A DNA stretch of 50,255 nucleotides from a phage. The DNA is taken from sequence record PV636259.1; one strand, written 5' to 3'. Every line of letters begins with the position of its first letter. Positions within the stretch are counted from its first letter, which is position 1. Positions 25,049 to 35,482 of this stretch are shown here, piece by piece. The notes below the pieces were generated by a model. It had not been told where the DNA came from. It saw only the letters and a program-made list of their open reading frames with translations, and did not search any database. The position numbers and the translations under genes were made by a program.

Positions 25049-25717
25049 ATGCACTTACCAAATGGCGCACAAATTTTCGTGGAAACCTCTCGAGGGGTAG
25101 AGGTTGAGGCAACCGCTGTCACTAACGCAGAAAATCCTGTTGCTACAGTTGCATCTAAGGGTGACTTGGCAAAAGGTGATTACGTTATTGTAACTCAGTC
25201 AACTTGGGCAAAGATGGTTAGTCGAGTGCTAATTGTTACTGACGCTCAGGAAACAAGCATCACTCTTGCTGGAATTGACACCTCTGATACTCTTGTTTTC
25301 CCGGCTGGCGGCACAATGAGCTTCGCAAAAATTACTGGATGGACTGAGATCCCTTGCGTACAGGAGATTGGTCAGGACGGCGGTGAGCAGCAGTATTACA
25401 CTTATCAGTGTTTGTCCGACGATAAAGAGCAGCAGATCCCAACGTTTAAATCTGCGATCTCGCTAACGTACACTTTCGCGCACGAATTTGATAACCCGAT
25501 CTACCCTATTCTGCGTAAGCTGGATTCTTCCGGTCAGGTAACTGCGGTTCGGATGTATGTTCCAAAAGCGAACGAGATGCGCATGTGGGCTGGCATCTTG
25601 TCTTTTAACGACATTCCATCTACGCAAGTAAACGAAATGGAAACGGTACAACTCGCCGTATCCCTGAAAGGTGATTTTACTTTCGTCTCATCCACTCTGG
25701 CATCTCCAGATGCCTAA
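25049..25717 (+). CDS. Major tail (tube) protein (222 aa)
   Basis: Track ORF trimmed to the ATG after AAGGAG; position before chaperone and tape measure. Confidence 0.65.
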   Translation: MHLPNGAQIFVETSRGVEVEATAVTNAENPVATVASKGDLAKGDYVIVTQSTWAKMVSRVLIVTDAQETSITLAGIDTSDTLVFPAGGTMSFAKITGWTEIPCVQEIGQDGGEQQYYTYQCLSDDKEQQIPTFKSAISLTYTFAHEFDNPIYPILRKLDSSGQVTAVRMYVPKANEMRMWAGILSFNDIPSTQVNEMETVQLAVSLKGDFTFVSSTLASPDA

Positions 25718-25791
25718 ATCATATCCGCATGGGGGCTTGCGCCCCCTTCTTCATTTCTGTAAAATCATCGTATCAACTTTGCGCTCTTTGC

Positions 25792-25811
25792 TTTTAACAA
25801 AAAGTGCTATT
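25792..25811 (-). promoter_or_regulatory. Operator motif copy in reverse orientation (AATAGCACTTTTTGTTAAAA) directly upstream of the chaperone RBS
   Basis: Read as reverse complement of TTTTAACAAAAAGTGCTATT; followed on the plus strand by ACCAATCAGGAG and ATG. Confidence 0.5.
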
Positions 25812-25831
25812 AACCAATCAGGAGAAACATC

Positions 25832-26149
25832 ATGGCTAAATTCAATTTCGTGTTGGGCCAGCTTCCAGACTTCAAACTTCCGGTGACGTTCACCATGCCA
25901 AACGGCGAGGATGCAACTATTATTTTTACAGTGCGCCACCTTTCCAGTAAAGAAGTGCAAGATATGTATGCGAAGCAGGGCGAAATGAATGATAGCGATT
26001 TCATCACTAAGATCGCGTCAGGCTGGAATCTGGAAGAAGAATTTAACGAAGAGAATACGCGTAAACTGGTACAGTATTATCCTTCCGCAGCGTACAACCT
26101 GACGGCAACTTACATCAAGGCGCTTGCCGGACACCGCGCAAAAAACTAA
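25832..26149 (+). CDS. Tail assembly chaperone (G-like, 105 aa)
   Basis: Position immediately upstream of the tape measure; ends ...GCA AAA AAC TAA at a slippery heptamer. Confidence 0.7.
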   Translation: MAKFNFVLGQLPDFKLPVTFTMPNGEDATIIFTVRHLSSKEVQDMYAKQGEMNDSDFITKIASGWNLEEEFNEENTRKLVQYYPSAAYNLTATYIKALAGHRAKN

Positions 26150-26466
26150 AAAGGGCGGTTTATCTGTTATATCAGAAACCGCCGACAGAAGAGCAATTAC
26201 GATCGGTTGGCCTCAGTCTTTCTGACTATGAAGACGAGGAACCGGAAACGATAATCGGCGATACTGAAATGGTGAAGGCGTGGAATGTTTTTACGTCAAT
26301 GCTCACTCAGTGGAGAAGTTCAGGCGCTGGAGCTTATGGTCTTGACTATAATGTTTTGCCTATGTTGTTCAAAATCTATAAAATAGAAGATGAAGAACTG
26401 GCATTGCAGGACGTTAGAATCATGGAAGCGAAAGCGCTTGAAATGATTGCTAAGCAAAACAACTAA
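25832..26466 (+). CDS. Tail assembly chaperone GT-like fusion via programmed -1 ribosomal frameshift at A_AAA_AAC (26140..26146)
   Basis: The -1 frame is open from the slippery site through 26466 with no in-frame start codon before 26269, as in lambda G/GT. Confidence 0.55.
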
Positions 26467-26488
26467 GCCGCCGTTTGGCGGTTTTTTC
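26467..26488 (+). terminator. Terminator-like hairpin (GCCGCC GTTT GGCGG + T6) between chaperone and tape measure
   Basis: Read directly. Confidence 0.5.
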
Positions 26489-26504
26489 GTATATAGGGGG
26501 TTAT

Positions 26505-29378
26505 ATGGTTGATAAGGTAGCAGGTCTGTCGCTTGACGTTGATGTGTCAACAGTGCAGCGCGCCGTCAAGTCACTGAAAGAGTTTTCAAAGGCCAACGAC
26601 CAGGCCGCTGATTCTATGGGTTCTTTAATCAATGAGTCAGAGGTTGCAAAACAGAAGGCCAAAGAACACGCTGAACAACTCAGGCGCCAGAGAAAAGAGT
26701 ATGAGGCCGTGGAGAAGGCAATCGATCCTACAGTATCAAAAATGGAAAGGTTGAAGATTGCATCTCAGCAGCTTGATAAACTCTGGCAGCAGGGAGTCGT
26801 TCCAGATGAGACGTTTTTCCGTTTGGGTGAAATGCTGGATCTGCAAAACGCAAAACTTGCTCGCAGCCGGGCTATGCTTACGGAAGAAGGTCAGGCGGCA
26901 TTGCAGGAAGCGAAAGCAAAAGAGCAGGCGGCAGCACGAAGCAAGGCGTTCATGGATGCCCTGAATGGTCAAGTTAACGCGATCGGCAAGACTCATGCTG
27001 AATTGATGGAACTGAAAGCGGCTGAGCTTGGTTTATCGAAAGAAGCAGCACCACTAATCGCAAAACTTAAAGATCAAGGCCGGGCTATGAATGCAGCAGG
27101 TATTAGCGCCGGGGAATACAGGCAAGCAATGCGAATGCTTCCTGCACAGATTACCGACGTCGTTACATCTCTTGCGTCCGGCATGCCAGTTTGGATGGTT
27201 GCCATCCAGCAAGGCGGTCAAATCAAGGACTCGTTCGGCGGGATTGGTAATACGTTTAAAGTGTTGCTGAGTTATATTAATCCAGTCACAGCAGGTATTG
27301 GCGTTCTTGTTGGTTCGTTAGGTCTTCTGGCGAAAGCTGGTTATGACTCTTACAAGTCAATAACTGATATTCAGAATGCGCTTATTGAGACTGGCGGTTA
27401 TGCAGGTGTTACGGCTGAAGATCTTGATTCAGTGTCTAAAAAGATCGCGCAGACAAGTAACTCAACCATTGGGAGTATTCGCGATATTGTAACGGAGTTG
27501 GCGAGTTCTGGTAAGTACACCCGCGAGCAGATCCAGAACATCACTAAGGCTACCGCAGAGTGGTCAGCGTCAACAGGAAAATCAGCAAGTCAAATTATTT
27601 CTGAGTTCGACAAAATCGCAAGCGATCCGGTAAAAGGCCTGAAGAAGTTAAACGAGCAATATAATTTCCTTGAAAAAGGGCAGCTTACCTATATCGATAC
27701 ATTAAGCCGGACGAAAGGAGAAACTGAGGCTGTATCAGAGGCTACCAAACTATTCGCAGACGTAATGGAAAAGCGAATGAAGTCGATCGCGGATAACGCT
27801 ACTCCTCTGGAAAAGATGTGGAGCGATATTAAACAATGGGCTTCGGACGCGTGGGGATGGGTGGGTGATCATACACTCGGGGCGCTAAACCTGATTATCG
27901 ACGTTGTTCAGGGTACAGTGATTCAGGTTAAAATGATTCTTGCTAAGGGTGATGAGTATATCTCAAACTTTATCGCCTCAGCCATAAAGGCAACTCAGTC
28001 ACTGCCTGGAATGAGTAATTTCGGCGCTGATGTACTGAAGGAGCAGGAGAATATTGTAAAAAGTTCTCGCGACAACTACGATCAGTTAGCTTCAGAGCTT
28101 GACGCTATTAACGCTCGTGTAGAAAAAGGAGAGATGGGATACATTGAAGCAATGAGGCAGCGTCGCACTCTTGAAAAGCAGTACAGCGAGGAAACTAAGG
28201 AGGCAATAAGGAAAGAAGCAGAAGAGATCGAGAAGCGAAACCGAGAACGAAATAAGCAGTCGAAAATTGTACGCTCACCGACAGAGCAATTCGACAAGGA
28301 GTTAATTTCACTCAAGGCTCAACTTAAGGTATTGCAGGAGCACAAGGAGATCGGGCAAAAACTTTCCGCACAGAGAAAGGCGTTGTTTACAACTGAGGCT
28401 ACGATCGCTGTTCTTCGCGAAGCCAGCTCTAAGCGTCAGTTGTCTGCGGAAGAAAAAGCGTTGCTGGCAAGTCAGGAGAGAGTTATTGAGCTTGCAAAAC
28501 AGAAGGCCGAGATTGGCGATCAGATTGTTAAGCAACAACAGTTGAATGATCTTACCGATAAATCTCTGAAGTTTGTCAATGAGATGACAGCGGCGACAGA
28601 ACAGCTTAACGCGTCACGCGGTCTTAGCACGCGCGAAATGGAACGACAAGCGGAACTGGCTAAAATAACCACTGATTACATCAACTCTGGAGGTAGTGAG
28701 GGAGACGAAAAACTACAGAACATGATCAAGGCACAAAATGATTACTATGCTGCGGAAGATGCCAAGCGCGCTGACTGGTTAGCTGGTGCTGAAAGCGCAT
28801 TTGCAGATTACGGCGATTCTGCAATGGATATGTACGGCAACGTGTATGATATCGCGTCAAGTTCACTTAACGGAATGAGTGATATGATGACCCAATTCCT
28901 TACTACAGGTAAGGCAAATTTTGAGGACTTTGCGAAAAATATCATTAGCATGATTATCAAGATGATTGCTCAGATGGTAATCTTCAATACGATCTCAGGC
29001 ATGACGGGAGGTAAGACATGGAGTTTTGCAAGTGGATTGACCTCTAGCGCTTCTGCGGCATCACAGGCAACTCCTACGCCTGCCGTCTCTGGTTTTAGGT
29101 CTTTATCTTCAGGCGTTGCCGTTACCTCGCTTGCTGCCGCTGCGGGTAGTGTTGCAACCTCTGGATTTAACGCATCTAAATCCGCACCGAAGGCAGCGAA
29201 CCAGTCAGCAGGCGGGACGGTCGTTGATGTTAGGGGTATGGAGGTTAAAGTTGACAACGGTTCAGATCCGAGAGGGATTTCTCAGGGCGTAGAAATGATG
29301 TTCAAAAAAATGATTCGAGAGTCTTGTTCGCAGGGCGGTGAGGTTTACAATTACATTCAGGAAAAAACAGGAGGCTAA
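26505..29378 (+). CDS. Tail tape measure protein (957 aa)
   Basis: Length, coiled-coil-rich composition, hydrophobic Gly/Ala/Ser-rich C-terminal third; start set to the ATG after AGGGGG. Confidence 0.85.
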   Translation: MVDKVAGLSLDVDVSTVQRAVKSLKEFSKANDQAADSMGSLINESEVAKQKAKEHAEQLRRQRKEYEAVEKAIDPTVSKMERLKIASQQLDKLWQQGVVPDETFFRLGEMLDLQNAKLARSRAMLTEEGQAALQEAKAKEQAAARSKAFMDALNGQVNAIGKTHAELMELKAAELGLSKEAAPLIAKLKDQGRAMNAAGISAGEYRQAMRMLPAQITDVVTSLASGMPVWMVAIQQGGQIKDSFGGIGNTFKVLLSYINPVTAGIGVLVGSLGLLAKAGYDSYKSITDIQNALIETGGYAGVTAEDLDSVSKKIAQTSNSTIGSIRDIVTELASSGKYTREQIQNITKATAEWSASTGKSASQIISEFDKIASDPVKGLKKLNEQYNFLEKGQLTYIDTLSRTKGETEAVSEATKLFADVMEKRMKSIADNATPLEKMWSDIKQWASDAWGWVGDHTLGALNLIIDVVQGTVIQVKMILAKGDEYISNFIASAIKATQSLPGMSNFGADVLKEQENIVKSSRDNYDQLASELDAINARVEKGEMGYIEAMRQRRTLEKQYSEETKEAIRKEAEEIEKRNRERNKQSKIVRSPTEQFDKELISLKAQLKVLQEHKEIGQKLSAQRKALFTTEATIAVLREASSKRQLSAEEKALLASQERVIELAKQKAEIGDQIVKQQQLNDLTDKSLKFVNEMTAATEQLNASRGLSTREMERQAELAKITTDYINSGGSEGDEKLQNMIKAQNDYYAAEDAKRADWLAGAESAFADYGDSAMDMYGNVYDIASSSLNGMSDMMTQFLTTGKANFEDFAKNIISMIIKMIAQMVIFNTISGMTGGKTWSFASGLTSSASAASQATPTPAVSGFRSLSSGVAVTSLAAAAGSVATSGFNASKSAPKAANQSAGGTVVDVRGMEVKVDNGSDPRGISQGVEMMFKKMIRESCSQGGEVYNYIQEKTGG

Positions 29379-29380
29379 TA

Positions 29381-29734
29381 ATGGCGGCACTTGATACTTT
29401 CAGTTGGTGTACGCAGGTTCAAGGGGGCGGCGGCTCCCTTACCACTACCAACAATGACAGATCCATACAGTTTGGTAACGGATACATGCAGCTTGCATCT
29501 TCTGGATTTAACACCACTCGGCGCGAGTATTCAGTTGTCTATGCTGGGGAAGATTTCATGGCTGTTTACGACTTCTGCGATTCTCACCGCATCAAGCCGT
29601 TCGCATGGACGCCTCCAGACGGGAAGGTCGGGATATGGGTAGTTAAGCCAAATAGTTTGGGAGCGAAACCAGTATCACGCGACGTGATGGAAATTAATGT
29701 AACGTTTATGGAGCAGTTTACATCTATGGAATAG
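29381..29734 (+). CDS. Minor tail protein (lambda M-like, 117 aa)
   Basis: Size and position immediately after tape measure. Confidence 0.6.
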   Translation: MAALDTFSWCTQVQGGGGSLTTTNNDRSIQFGNGYMQLASSGFNTTRREYSVVYAGEDFMAVYDFCDSHRIKPFAWTPPDGKVGIWVVKPNSLGAKPVSRDVMEINVTFMEQFTSME

Positions 29735-29747
29735 CACTTCATGACAA

Positions 29748-29772
29748 AAGCCCGCCTTGCGCGGGTTTTTTT
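29748..29772 (+). terminator. Rho-independent terminator (CCCGCCTTGCGCGGG + T7); stem identical to the one at 31928
   Basis: Read directly. Confidence 0.7.
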
Positions 29773-29813
29773 GTAGCTGTAGAATGGTTGCAACTAAACA
29801 AGAGGAAAAGACA

Positions 29814-30596
29814 ATGAGCGAAAACAAAAAACTTTATGATGAAGAAAGCGGGAAGAGCCTGTTTCACAACTGCCTTCAATCACTATACCCTGGAGAGATA
29901 ATCACCCTTATTGAAGTTGATGGTAGCAAGTTCGGCGCTCAGGTGTATCGATTCCACGGAGAGAACATCCAGTACACTCCAGAGGAAATCATGCAGGCCC
30001 AGCAAACTGGAACGCTGCCGCCGAAAGAAATTACATTCCGTGGGGAGCAATATGGAGCGCGCCCGTTCGGCATATCCGGGATCTCATTTGATAGTTCCGG
30101 AAAGGCAACAAAACCACAGTTGACGGTGGCGAACATTGATAGCAGAGTATCTGCAATGATTCGATCATATAACGGATTGATGCAAGCTAAGGTGACAATC
30201 TGGATCACTCAAAAGGACTTAATTCAACCTGACGGCTCAATAGCTGACGGAGCTTACCGCAAACTGGTATACTATATCGAACGCCCGAGCTATGTCGATA
30301 AGAGCGTCGCCCGATTCGATCTCACGTCGCCGTATGATATGGATGGCATCATGATCCCGTCTCGACTAACGCAAAGCGTTTGCTATTGGGCGCAGCGGGG
30401 ATGGTATAAAACCGGGAAAGGCTGCGGATACAACGGGCAAAACGGTTATTTTGACAAAGACAATAATCCGGTAGACGATCCTGCTTTGGATTTCTGCCCA
30501 GGTACGGTAACGGCCTGCCGCCTGCGATTCGGCGCAAACAATGAACTGGATTTTGGCGGCTGCGCGGTTGCTTCACTACAGAGGAAAAATCAATGA
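29814..30596 (+). CDS. Minor tail protein (lambda L-like, 260 aa)
   Basis: Track ORF trimmed to the ATG after AGAGGAAAAG; position in the M-L-K-I-J order. Confidence 0.6.
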   Translation: MSENKKLYDEESGKSLFHNCLQSLYPGEIITLIEVDGSKFGAQVYRFHGENIQYTPEEIMQAQQTGTLPPKEITFRGEQYGARPFGISGISFDSSGKATKPQLTVANIDSRVSAMIRSYNGLMQAKVTIWITQKDLIQPDGSIADGAYRKLVYYIERPSYVDKSVARFDLTSPYDMDGIMIPSRLTQSVCYWAQRGWYKTGKGCGYNGQNGYFDKDNNPVDDPALDFCPGTVTACRLRFGANNELDFGGCAVASLQRKNQ

Positions 30597-31327
30597 TTAA
30601 TGCAAAAATTAAACTTGAAATCATGACTCACGCTCAAGAAGAATACCCCCGCGAATGCTGCGGGGTAGTTACCCAAAAAGGACGCGTGCAAAAATACCAT
30701 CGCATTGATAACGTGCATCGCGATCCTGAGAATCATTTCATGATGGACGCAGTGCAATACGCATGTATTGAGGATGACGCAGACTCAACCACGATTGCGA
30801 TCGTTCACAGCCACACAGGGGACGGGGCTACAACTCTTCCCAGTGCGCACGATACATGCATGTGCAACGAGATGGAAGTTACATGGATTATTGTTAGCGT
30901 ACCGGAAGGAGATATGCGTTTTGTTAAGCCTGAGAAATTACCTCTGATTGGTCGACCGTGGTCTTTAGGCTCATTTGACTGTTACGGGCTAGTAATGGCG
31001 TGGCACAAAGAGCACGGCGTAGAGTTACGCGATCGCCGATTGAATTTTGAATGGTGGAAACCTGAGTACGGAATTAATCTCTATCAGGATTATTACAAGA
31101 AAGATGGATTCGTTGAGATTCCAGATCAGAATAACCCATCATTCGGGGATATGGTAATCATGCAGATAGGGCAAAATGTTCCGGTATGGAACCACGCAGG
31201 GATTTACCTTGGTGATAATCAGATCTTGCATCACGCCTTTGGCAAACTTTCGCGACGTGATATATATTCCGGCTGGTATCAGGATCATACTGTTTTAATT
31301 GTTCGCCATAAGGATCTTAAATTATGA
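30593..31327 (+). CDS. Tail assembly protein (lambda K-like; JAB/MPN + NlpC/P60-like), 244 aa
   Basis: HSHTGDGATTLPSAHD matches the JAB/MPN HxHx7Sx2D metal site; C-terminal Cys/His region; position. Confidence 0.7.
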   Translation: MINAKIKLEIMTHAQEEYPRECCGVVTQKGRVQKYHRIDNVHRDPENHFMMDAVQYACIEDDADSTTIAIVHSHTGDGATTLPSAHDTCMCNEMEVTWIIVSVPEGDMRFVKPEKLPLIGRPWSLGSFDCYGLVMAWHKEHGVELRDRRLNFEWWKPEYGINLYQDYYKKDGFVEIPDQNNPSFGDMVIMQIGQNVPVWNHAGIYLGDNQILHHAFGKLSRRDIYSGWYQDHTVLIVRHKDLKL

Positions 31328-31923
31328 ATGATGTAAAAGTAATCAAATTATCCGGTTCACTTGGAAGGCGCTTCGGCGTCTTTCACAGATTCGCCGTTGA
31401 CTCTTACCCGGAAGCTATCCGGGCGCTATCCAGTCAGGTGGATGGATTCAAAGAATATATGCAAAGTGAGGTCGGATCACGTAGCAAGTTTGCAATATTT
31501 GTGGATGGCGTTAACGTTGGACACCATGAAGAGGAAAAATTCAAGTGTGCCAAAGAGATAAGGATTGTCCCGATCCCGACTGGTTCTAAGTCAGGCGGTC
31601 TATTCCAGGTTGTATTGGGTGCGGCAATAATGGTTGCGGCGTTCTATACTGGCGGCGCATCTCTGGCGTTAATGGGAACAATGTCCTCGTCTCTGTTTAT
31701 GATGGGCGGCGCTATGGTGCTGGGCGGCGTGATGCAGATGATTTCACCGCAGCCGGGTGGCGCAAACTTTGAAGTTCAATCAAGCAAGAATAAACCTTCG
31801 TACGCGTTCGGCGGCGCTGTCAATACGACGGCGGCGGGATACCCTCTCCCGGTCCCGTATGGATATCGCGCCGGAGGTGGCGCAACTTTCTCAGCAGGTT
31901 CTTATGCCGAGGATATGAGTTAA
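31324..31923 (+). CDS. Tail assembly protein (lambda I-like, 199 aa)
   Basis: Position after K; Gly/Ala-rich hydrophobic C-terminal half. Confidence 0.6.
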   Translation: MNDVKVIKLSGSLGRRFGVFHRFAVDSYPEAIRALSSQVDGFKEYMQSEVGSRSKFAIFVDGVNVGHHEEEKFKCAKEIRIVPIPTGSKSGGLFQVVLGAAIMVAAFYTGGASLALMGTMSSSLFMMGGAMVLGGVMQMISPQPGGANFEVQSSKNKPSYAFGGAVNTTAAGYPLPVPYGYRAGGGATFSAGSYAEDMS

Positions 31924-31927
31924 AATT

Positions 31928-31952
31928 AACCCGCCTTGCGCGGGTTTTTTTT
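31928..31952 (+). terminator. Rho-independent terminator (CCCGCCTTGCGCGGG + T8), followed by TGTATAATG extended -10
   Basis: Read directly. Confidence 0.7.
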
Positions 31953-32000
31953 CGCCTGTATAATGAGTCCACCAATAAATAGCACAAAAAGGTAAACATC

Positions 32001-35000
32001 ATGATTCAAAAAGTGATAAGCGGATCTAAAGGTGGGTCACAGAAGCCTCATAATCCAGTTGAGATGGAGGACAATCTAATCTCAATCAACAAAATCAAGA
32101 TCCTGTTAGCTGTATCTGATGGTGAAATTGACGAAACATTCAGCCTAAAGCAGTTGATGTTTAACTCAGTCCCGGTGCAAAACGAGGATGGCTCATTTAA
32201 CTTCGAGGGAGTAAAGGCTGAGTTCAGGCCGGGAACTCAGACGCAGGAATACATCAAGGGCATGGAAGATAGTTCCAGTGAGGTAACTGTAAATCGTGAG
32301 GTTACTACCGATAACCCATACACGATCTCAGTGACCAATAAAACACTATCGGCAATACGCATAAAAATGTTTATGCCTCGCGGCGTACGAATTGAAAGTA
32401 ACGGTGACAAAAACGGCGTTCGCGTTGAGTACGAGGTGCAACAAGCTGTTGATGGTGGCTCGTTTGAGACGGTGCTCACCGATGTAATCGAAGGCAAAAC
32501 AATGTCAGGTTACGATCGAAGCCGTCGCGTAAACCTTCCGAACTTCAACAATCAGGTAATATTCAGAGTTGTTCGAAAGACTCCAGACTCTAACGACTCT
32601 AACGTTGTTGATGCGATCCAGGTAAAGAGCTATGCCGAGGTGATTGATGCCAAATTCCGTTACCCTCTGACAGGTCTTCTTTTCGTCGAGTTCGACTCGA
32701 AGATGTTCCCAAACCAGTTACCTACGATCTCAATTCGTAAGCGCTGGAAGATTGTAAACGTTCCATCAAACTACGATCCGGAATCACGAACCTACAACGG
32801 CAATTGGGATGGGACTTTCAAGAAGGCGTGGACTAACAACCCTGCATGGGTTCTATACGATCTGATGATTAATCAGCGCTACGGGCTGGATCAGAAGGAG
32901 CTTGGAATCTCCGTCGATAAATGGGCGCTCTACGAGGCCGCGCAATATTGCGATCAGATGGTTCCTGATGGGAAGGGCGGGACGGAGCCTCGATACCTTT
33001 GCGACGTGATAATTCAGTCACAGACTGATGCGTACAAGGTGATTCGAGATATTTGCTCAATATTCCGTGGTATGAGCTTCTGGAATGGTGAAAGCATCTC
33101 GGTAATCATCGACAGACCGCGTGAGCCTGCGTACATCTTCACTAACGACAACGTTGTTAATGGTGACTTCTCCTATACGTTCGCAAGCGAAAAGAGTATG
33201 TACACGACGTGTAACGTGATGTTTGACGACGAACAAAACATGTATCAACAGGACGTTGAGCCAGTATTCGATCGTGAGGCGACTCTGCGGTTCGGTAATA
33301 ACGTAACCAGCATTACAGCGATAGGTTGCACGCGTCGAAGCGAGGCTAACCGACGAGGGCGATGGATTCTGAAGACCAACCTTCGCAGCACTACGGTAAA
33401 CTTCGCGACCGGACTGGAAGGGATGATCCCGACGATCGGGGATGTTGTGGCAATAGCTGATAACTTCTGGTCAAGTAACTTGACGATGAACCTATCAGGG
33501 CGCTTGCTCGAAGTGTCTGGAAGCCAGATTTTCTTGCCGTTCCGAGTGGATGCGCGCGCAGGTGACTTTATTATCGTAAATAAGCCCGATGGCAAGCCCG
33601 TGAAGCGCACAATCTCAAGTGTTAGTGCGGATGGTAAGACTATAGAGATTAACATAGGCTTTGGCTTTCCTGTGAAGCCTAACACGGTATTCGCTATCGA
33701 CCGCACAGACATTGCGTTACAGCAGTACGTCGTGACAAAAATCGATAAGGGTGATGACGATGAGGAATTTACCTACAAGATTACTGCGGTTGAATACGAT
33801 CCTAACAAGTACGATGAGATTGATTACGGTGTAAACATCGACGACCGACCGACAAGTATCGTTGAACCAGACCAGATCCCTAGACCGGAAAACGTGCAAG
33901 TGTCATCTGAGTCACGAATCGTCCAGGGGATGAGCGTAGAAACTATGATTGTTAGCTGGGATAAAGTTCCGTACGCAGTTTTCTATGATGTGCAGTGGAG
34001 AAAGGATAATGGCAACTGGCAAAACGTTCCTCAGACGGCAAACAAAGAGGTTTACGTTGAGGGTATTTACGCTGGCAACTATCAGGTTCGCGTTCGCTCC
34101 GTCGCTGGTTCCGGTACGACTTCAGGATGGTCAAATATCGTAGCTGCTACGCTGACTGGTAAACAAGGTGAGCCTGGTCGACCGATTAACCTTACAGCTA
34201 CGGATGATGTTGTTTTTGGTATCCGTACAAAATGGGGGTTCTCTGATGGTTCTGGAGATACGGCATATACGGAGTTGCAACAGTCACCGGATGGAACAGT
34301 GGATAACGCAAGTTTGCTTTCTTTGATTCCGTACCCGCAGCATGAGTATTATCACTCACCGATGCCGGGTGGGAATATTGTGTGGTATCGGGTAAGGACG
34401 GTTGACAGGATCGGTAACGTTTCTCAGTGGACTGATTTCGTAAGGGGCATGGCATCGACCAACGTAGACGATATCATCGGAGAGATTTCTGTTGATATCG
34501 AAAACTCTCCGGGCTACGAGTGGCTTGTTGATAACGCAACCGACAACGCGGCGCAGAACGCAGCTAACGCAGAGGCAGCAATAGAAAACGCTCTCGCCAA
34601 TGACAAAGACGCGATCTACATGAAGAAGGAGAACGGAAAACGAAAAGCTGAGTACACGAAATCACTGAAACTTATTGCTGATGAGACGCAGGCACGAGTG
34701 ACGGCGATCGAGCAATTGAAGGCGAGTTTTGGCGATCAGATTAGCGCTAGCAACAGCGAATTGCGTGAAGTTATCGCAACTGAGACTGGAGCGCTATCGC
34801 GTGAAATTGACCAACTCAGGGCAGAGATTGGTGATGATATCCAGGCAAGTTTGACTGATATCAGAGAGGCTATAGCAAACGAGACTGAGGCTAGAACGCA
34901 AGCTGACTTGTCGTTAAGCGCGAGGCTTGGGAATAATGAGGCGGCACTTTCTCAAAAACTTGATTCGTGGAGCAATGCGGATTCGACTGGTGCAATGTAC

Positions 35001-35450
35001 GGAGTCAAGCTCGGTCTGAAGTATAACGGACAAGAATACAGTGCAGGCATGGCTATGTCTCTGATTGGTTCCGGAGCTGCGGTTAAGGCGCAGATTTTGT
35101 TTGAGGCATCACGATTTGCCATCATGACTGGAATGAATGGTCAGACTCAGTACCCATTCGTTGTTGAGAATGGCCAGGTCATTCTAAGTAGCGCGATCAT
35201 CAAGGATGGATTTATTACTAACGCCATGATTGGTAACGCGATTCAGTCTAACAATTGGGATGGAAATCAAGGGTGGCATATTAACAAGAATGGTGCAGCT
35301 TACTTCATGAACGCAACCGTAAGGGGTGCTTTGTATGCAAATAACGGATCGTTTGCATTCAACGGGACAAACAATACGGTTCAGATAAACAATAACGGGA
35401 TCACGGTTAACCTACCTAACGGGGGCCGAGTGGTTGTTGGTGTCTGGTAA
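32001..35450 (+). CDS. Central tail fiber / host specificity protein (lambda J-like, 1149 aa)
   Basis: Size and position after I; internal fibronectin-III-like segments; C-terminal coiled-coil and beta-rich tip. Confidence 0.8.
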   Translation: MIQKVISGSKGGSQKPHNPVEMEDNLISINKIKILLAVSDGEIDETFSLKQLMFNSVPVQNEDGSFNFEGVKAEFRPGTQTQEYIKGMEDSSSEVTVNREVTTDNPYTISVTNKTLSAIRIKMFMPRGVRIESNGDKNGVRVEYEVQQAVDGGSFETVLTDVIEGKTMSGYDRSRRVNLPNFNNQVIFRVVRKTPDSNDSNVVDAIQVKSYAEVIDAKFRYPLTGLLFVEFDSKMFPNQLPTISIRKRWKIVNVPSNYDPESRTYNGNWDGTFKKAWTNNPAWVLYDLMINQRYGLDQKELGISVDKWALYEAAQYCDQMVPDGKGGTEPRYLCDVIIQSQTDAYKVIRDICSIFRGMSFWNGESISVIIDRPREPAYIFTNDNVVNGDFSYTFASEKSMYTTCNVMFDDEQNMYQQDVEPVFDREATLRFGNNVTSITAIGCTRRSEANRRGRWILKTNLRSTTVNFATGLEGMIPTIGDVVAIADNFWSSNLTMNLSGRLLEVSGSQIFLPFRVDARAGDFIIVNKPDGKPVKRTISSVSADGKTIEINIGFGFPVKPNTVFAIDRTDIALQQYVVTKIDKGDDDEEFTYKITAVEYDPNKYDEIDYGVNIDDRPTSIVEPDQIPRPENVQVSSESRIVQGMSVETMIVSWDKVPYAVFYDVQWRKDNGNWQNVPQTANKEVYVEGIYAGNYQVRVRSVAGSGTTSGWSNIVAATLTGKQGEPGRPINLTATDDVVFGIRTKWGFSDGSGDTAYTELQQSPDGTVDNASLLSLIPYPQHEYYHSPMPGGNIVWYRVRTVDRIGNVSQWTDFVRGMASTNVDDIIGEISVDIENSPGYEWLVDNATDNAAQNAANAEAAIENALANDKDAIYMKKENGKRKAEYTKSLKLIADETQARVTAIEQLKASFGDQISASNSELREVIATETGALSREIDQLRAEIGDDIQASLTDIREAIANETEARTQADLSLSARLGNNEAALSQKLDSWSNADSTGAMYGVKLGLKYNGQEYSAGMAMSLIGSGAAVKAQILFEASRFAIMTGMNGQTQYPFVVENGQVILSSAIIKDGFITNAMIGNAIQSNNWDGNQGWHINKNGAAYFMNATVRGALYANNGSFAFNGTNNTVQINNNGITVNLPNGGRVVVGVW

Positions 35451-35453
35451 CAG

Positions 35454-35482
35454 AAAGGGGCCGATTGGCCCCTTTTTTTAAT
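35454..35482. terminator. Bidirectional rho-independent terminator (GGGGCCGATTGGCCCC flanked by A- and T-runs)
   Basis: Sits between convergent J (plus) and receptor-binding (minus) genes. Confidence 0.7.
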
